Source: Chitinophagaceae bacterium (GTDB lineage: Bacteria; Bacteroidota; Bacteroidia; Chitinophagales; Chitinophagaceae). Taken from it: DNA of 64,000 bases. A program made the translations under genes and the position numbers. Under the pieces are notes generated by a model. That model was not told where the DNA came from, made no database searches, and saw only the letters and a list, made by a program, of their open reading frames with translations. The DNA lies in contig OZ257130.1 in assembly GCA_965279015.1 (NCBI GenBank), positions 575,723-639,722 of the forward strand, in the 5' to 3' direction. Shown here in pieces: positions 59,960-64,000 of this stretch; positions within the stretch are counted from its first letter, which is position 1, and each line of letters starts with the position of its first letter.

Positions 59960-60394
59960 GTGAAACTCAAACTCGACTTCGAAGACCTCGCCGAAGATTT
60001 TTTTGAAGAAACCCACCTGCTGGGTATTGTAGCCCCTATCCGCGATTACCAATTTTGCTGGTTCCTCAACCATCGGTTTCGTTTCGACTTTCGCATTAAC
60101 AATGATATTGAAATACAGCTTTTCAAAAAAAAGCGTCATTATTATTTCCGGATCTATGAGTATCGTCAACCCAATAGCAGCCTCATACACTATTTATACA
60201 AAAACCAGTTTGATGGCGAATACCTGCTGCCCGAATTTAAACACCTCGATTATCTTTGGTTATTGAAAGGAGATACCATAAGTACCGATTTTTTACTCGA
60301 TCTTACTACTACCATTAAATCAATGAATGGGGTACAATTGGTGATGGAGTTGACGAATGAGAAGATAAAGAATAAGGGACATCTGATATTTTAA
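59960..60394 (+). CDS. IPExxxVDY family protein
   Basis: LLPEFKHLDYL motif; GTG start. Confidence 0.85.
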   Translation: MKLKLDFEDLAEDFFEETHLLGIVAPIRDYQFCWFLNHRFRFDFRINNDIEIQLFKKKRHYYFRIYEYRQPNSSLIHYLYKNQFDGEYLLPEFKHLDYLWLLKGDTISTDFLLDLTTTIKSMNGVQLVMELTNEKIKNKGHLIF

Positions 60395-60530
60395 ATATGC
60401 AAATGTGCAGATTAGAAAATGTGCAAATGCGTCAGGTGTAACATTCCTTATAAATTAGAGTTTTTCTATTAGTCAGGAATTTTAAACGAGAAGAATTTGC
60501 ACATCTGCACATTTTCTAATTTTCTAATTT
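60395..60530. repeat. ~137-bp inverted-repeat element, copy 2
   Basis: Direct repeat of 59817-59954, including the loop (cattccttataaat, tagtca). Confidence 0.9.
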
Positions 60531-60537
60531 GACTTCT

Positions 60538-60771
60538 ATGTGGCAAGAACAAAACAACTCCCTCTACAAAAAATTCGAGTTTAAGAATTTTTCAGAGGCG
60601 TTTGCTTTTATGACCCGGGTGGCTATTGAAGCGGAAAAGATGAATCATCATCCATTATGGACCAATGTCTGGAACCGGGTGGAGATCTGGTTAAGTACAC
60701 ACGATGCAGGAGATATTGTTACCGATAAGGACCGAAAATTGTCGCAGCGGATCGATGCTTTATTATCTTAA
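60538..60771 (+). CDS. phhB: 4a-hydroxytetrahydrobiopterin dehydratase (pterin carbinolamine dehydratase)
   Basis: AEKMNHHP.W.NVWN.V.I.LSTHDAG; ATG at 60538. Confidence 0.92.
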   Translation: MWQEQNNSLYKKFEFKNFSEAFAFMTRVAIEAEKMNHHPLWTNVWNRVEIWLSTHDAGDIVTDKDRKLSQRIDALLS

Positions 60772-60893
60772 TTTTAATGATAGAGTGTTCCGGTTGATGT
60801 CCCCAAAGGCAGAAAATCATTATTTGTATTCATCGAAAATTTGCAGAACCTTCATGAGGCAGGCAGAAACTCTTAACCTGATTTTATTACTTT

Positions 60894-61526
60894 ATGAGAA
60901 AAAAACAACTGCTCTTAATTATCCTTTCAGGATTTATTCTTTCTTCTCTTCATTCCCAAACATACCCAGACACTACACGAGCGTCACATGATGAATCGGA
61001 TCGTGAAATCAGTCGGCACTTTGGTTTAAACATTGGTGCCTGGATACCCACCGGCGATCTATCGGTATTGGGCACACACCCAAACATTGGAGTAATATGG
61101 GGTATCCGACATAAGGTTCATGAATTTAATGTGGTACTTGATTTTCGTTTCGGGAAATCAAAAGATACTTATGTAGTATCCCGGGCAGGAACCCTTTACC
61201 AGATGGATAATTACTTCGGTGGTTATCTTGGGCTTGATTATATTTTTTACCTGGCAGTTGGAAAGCGCAATGACTTTGGAATATTAGCGGGGCTGGGATA
61301 CGATGGATTTACGCTCAATAAAGATGTAGTTCCGGCACCCCCTTATGAAGTTGGATCCTTTAATTTTAATACTGGCTTCCGGTTTAACTGGTACACGAAA
61401 GGACATACTTATTTTTCTTTTCAACCAAAGTATAATATTATTAATTATGCCAATAAAGGCGGTACGAGTTTCGATGGCAACGCCATTACATTACAGTTAT
61501 TTGTTGGAACTTTCGGAGGGCTTTGA
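60894..61526 (+). CDS. Hypothetical outer-membrane beta-barrel-like protein
   Basis: Signal peptide followed by alternating aromatic/Gly beta-strands. Confidence 0.65.
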   Translation: MRKKQLLLIILSGFILSSLHSQTYPDTTRASHDESDREISRHFGLNIGAWIPTGDLSVLGTHPNIGVIWGIRHKVHEFNVVLDFRFGKSKDTYVVSRAGTLYQMDNYFGGYLGLDYIFYLAVGKRNDFGILAGLGYDGFTLNKDVVPAPPYEVGSFNFNTGFRFNWYTKGHTYFSFQPKYNIINYANKGGTSFDGNAITLQLFVGTFGGL

Positions 61527-61544
61527 TAAGAGTGATTACTATTC

Positions 61545-62464
61545 ATGCAAAATACATCTACCATCTTACTGGTTCGTCCCGCGGCATTTGGTTTTAATGA
61601 AGAAACTGCAGCGGATAATTCTTTTCAGCAAAAGATATCCACCCTCACTCAAGAAAAAATCCAACAAACGTATTAAAGGAATTCGATGGTTTTGCAAATG
61701 CAATGCTCAGGAAAGGAATTGAATTGATAATAATTGATGATACTGCTGATCCGCCAAAGACGGATGCAATTTTCCCCAACAATTGGTTTGTCACTTTACC
61801 AGATGGGTCCTTATCTGTTTTCCCAATGTTTGCACCCAGCCGGCGACTGGAAAAAAGAGACGATATCCTGCAACAACTCAATAATGAATTTAATGTAAAC
61901 CGGTTTACCGACTGGAGTGAGTTGGAAGCCGAAGGGTTTTTTCTGGAAGGAACAGGTAGCTTGGTGATGGACCACGATAATAAAATTATTTATGCGTGTT
62001 TATCACAACGCACACATCTGTCGGCCATTGAAAAGTTTTCACAGATACATGATTACCGGGCTATTTCATTTGAAGCAACTGATAAAAACGGAAAAGCCAT
62101 CTATCATACGAACGTTATGCTCTGTATCGGAAAAGAGTTCGCCGTAATAGGCGATAAATGTTTTACTGATGAGCTTGAGTGGATCGCGGTATCGCAACTG
62201 CTTCGTTCTACCGGACATAAAATCATTCCCATTTCTCAAAAGCAGGTACGCGCTTTTGCAGGCAATATGCTGCAGGTTAGAAATAATAAAGGAGAACCAT
62301 TCCTGGTGATGAGCAAAACAGCTTATGATTCGTTAACCAAAAAGCAACGCTCGCAATTATTGGAATTTAATGAGTTGCTACCGGTTAATCTTCCTACTAT
62401 TGAAACAATTGGTGGTGGAAGCGCGAGGTGTATGATGGCGGAGATATTCTTGAATAGAAAATAA
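61545..62464 (+). pseudogene. ctlX: Amidinotransferase/CtlX-like hydrolase split by a 1-nt deletion
   Basis: ATG 61545 MQNTSTILLVRPAAFGFNEETA stops at 61674. The frame of ORF 61703 continues VLKEFDGF...DAIFPNNW, LEGTGS, YHTNV, GGGSARCM. Confidence 0.8.
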
Positions 62465-62911
62465 AGAAAAATTATTGTCCAGTTGATTATTTGAAGCAGA
62501 TTATTAGTCAGGTTTTATAGTTGCCGTTTTTTTCTTAAGAATAATAAGTTTTTTCTTTTCTTTTGATCGTGTTTTTCTCATTGTTCGGGCTTCATTATAA
62601 AATATATTTGTTTCTGATTAATCCACCTATGATTTACTGGCAGGAGTAAACCATGGAGCTGCTGCCTGAATAGCTTAACAGCCAAAAATGTTGTTTGAGG
62701 GGAGTTTGGACATTGTTTCTGAGAAATCAGGATCAGTTGTCCCATTGAAGATTTTCTAAAAGTGCAGGCTGGTAGGTGGGGGCGGGCGGGCCCCGCAAAG
62801 GGGTAGTTTCATGCTAAATCTGCCGACAGCTTAAAAAATATTCCTTTATAAAATGATAAAAATCTCAATCTGACAAATCAGAAAGAGACAATCACACAAA
62901 TTATCAACTTT

Positions 62912-63985
62912 CTACTTTACAGTAACTGCATAATCTCCTTTCTCCATAAAATATCCAATAGGTTGAAGTGCATTATAGGGGAGAAATTCCTTCAATACCG
63001 CTTCCACCTTCTTCACTTCTTTAGGATCCACTGCAATCAATAATCCCCCGCTTGTTTGTGGATCAGCTAATATGCATTTGATGGTTTCTTTGCGACCACC
63101 AAATGAATCGCTGATTTTTATTTTATGTCCGTAACTATCCCAATTGCGATGCGTACCGCCGGGCACACATTGTTGGCCGATATAATATTCAAGATCGTCA
63201 CTGATTAAAGGAATCGCGGCAAAATCATTTAATGTCGCCGACAATCCACTTCCTTCCGCCATTTCGGTTAAATGGCCCAATAATCCGAAACCGGTTACAT
63301 CCGTCATGGCGGTTACTGCTTTTAATTTTCCCAATGCTTCCCCTACTTTATTCAACTGCATCATTTGCTTTGCCGCTACACCCGTATGTCCAGGTTTCAA
63401 CAATCCCTTTTTTTCCGCGGTAGTTAATATTCCAACGCCAAGTGGTTTGGTAAGAAATAGAATATCCCCTTCTTTAGCCGTGTTGTTTTGTTTGATGTTT
63501 TTGATATCCACCAATCCATTCACCGCTAATCCGAATATGGGTTCGGGTGAATCAATACTATGTCCACCAGCAAGCGGGATTCCTGCTTCCACACATATGC
63601 TTTTACCGCCTTCAATTACTTTCTGCGCTACTGAAGATGATAATTTATTTATGGGCCATCCCAATATGGCAATTGCCAGTAATGGTTTGCCGCCCATGGC
63701 ATATACATCGCTGATGGCATTGGCAGCGGCGATCCTTCCGAAATCAAAAGGATCATCCACAACTGGCATAAAAAAATCAGTTGTAGAAATCAGTGCCGTT
63801 CCATTGCCCATATCATATACTGCCGCGTCATCTTTGCTATGATTCCCCACCAGCAGGTTTTTATTATCCGGCATAGCCATACTTCCTGATAAAATTTCAT
63901 CGAGTGTTTTGGGAGATATCTTACAACCACAACCTGCACCATGTGAATACTGGGTAAGTTTTATCAATGCTTCTGTACTATTCAT
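62912..63985 (-). CDS. selD: Selenide, water dikinase (Cys form)
   Basis: [48 protein letters not shown]. Confidence 0.97.
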   Translation of the reverse strand: MNSTEALIKLTQYSHGAGCGCKISPKTLDEILSGSMAMPDNKNLLVGNHSKDDAAVYDMGNGTALISTTDFFMPVVDDPFDFGRIAAANAISDVYAMGGKPLLAIAILGWPINKLSSSVAQKVIEGGKSICVEAGIPLAGGHSIDSPEPIFGLAVNGLVDIKNIKQNNTAKEGDILFLTKPLGVGILTTAEKKGLLKPGHTGVAAKQMMQLNKVGEALGKLKAVTAMTDVTGFGLLGHLTEMAEGSGLSATLNDFAAIPLISDDLEYYIGQQCVPGGTHRNWDSYGHKIKISDSFGGRKETIKCILADPQTSGGLLIAVDPKEVKKVEAVLKEFLPYNALQPIGYFMEKGDYAVTVK

Positions 63986-64000
63986 TTTGTTACTGTTTCA

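Noticed and set aside
59817-60530. Direct-repeat pairs (also 52583/53955 and 18171/20911) as IS ends or a prophage att site
   Set aside because: No transposase or integrase, no target-site duplication, and the enclosed genes are ordinary chromosomal genes.
62465-63985. Selenocysteine recoding, SECIS or tRNA-Sec near selD
   Set aside because: The active-site codons are TGT (Cys), there is no in-frame TGA, and no tRNA cloverleaf was found in 62465-62911.

Overview
Bacteroidota chromosome segment, Chitinophagaceae-like by gene content (T9SS cargo, UpxY, GLPGLI, IPExxxVDY, TAnnTTTG promoters). From left to right: a capsule/EPS locus (epimerase, wzx, two unusual glycosyltransferase-like genes, gmd, fcl, upxY, wzc, wza), a T9SS beta-helix protein, a fused 2-oxoacid dehydrogenase E1, an M16 peptidase pair, mqnC, then two uncharacterised three-gene modules. 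The first (24153-28556) encodes a TIR/DUF4062-like protein, an FxsC-C-like protein sharing a novel ~60-aa N-terminal helical domain with it, and a KGGVGR-variant ParA/MinD ATPase fused to ~16-17 TPRs; it is the best candidate for an undescribed conflict/defence system. The second (40609-44983) encodes a membrane protein, an SH3-like/S8 protease and a secreted 680-aa protein. Also present: a hybrid kinase, an OmpR-type two-component system whose likely 38-bp promoter motif recurs upstream of a GLPGLI gene and a beta-barrel gene 10 kb apart, SWIM-SNF2, M14/M28 peptidases, a frameshifted ctlX-like gene and selD. Intergenic DNA holds about 16 hairpin elements built from 7- or 8-bp tandem repeats. 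Three near-identical pairs bracket genes, some carry nested REP-like palindromes, and one sits in-frame inside the E1 coding sequence. No rRNA, tRNA, CRISPR array or transposase was seen. Family assignments come from motif recognition only; no database searches were run.
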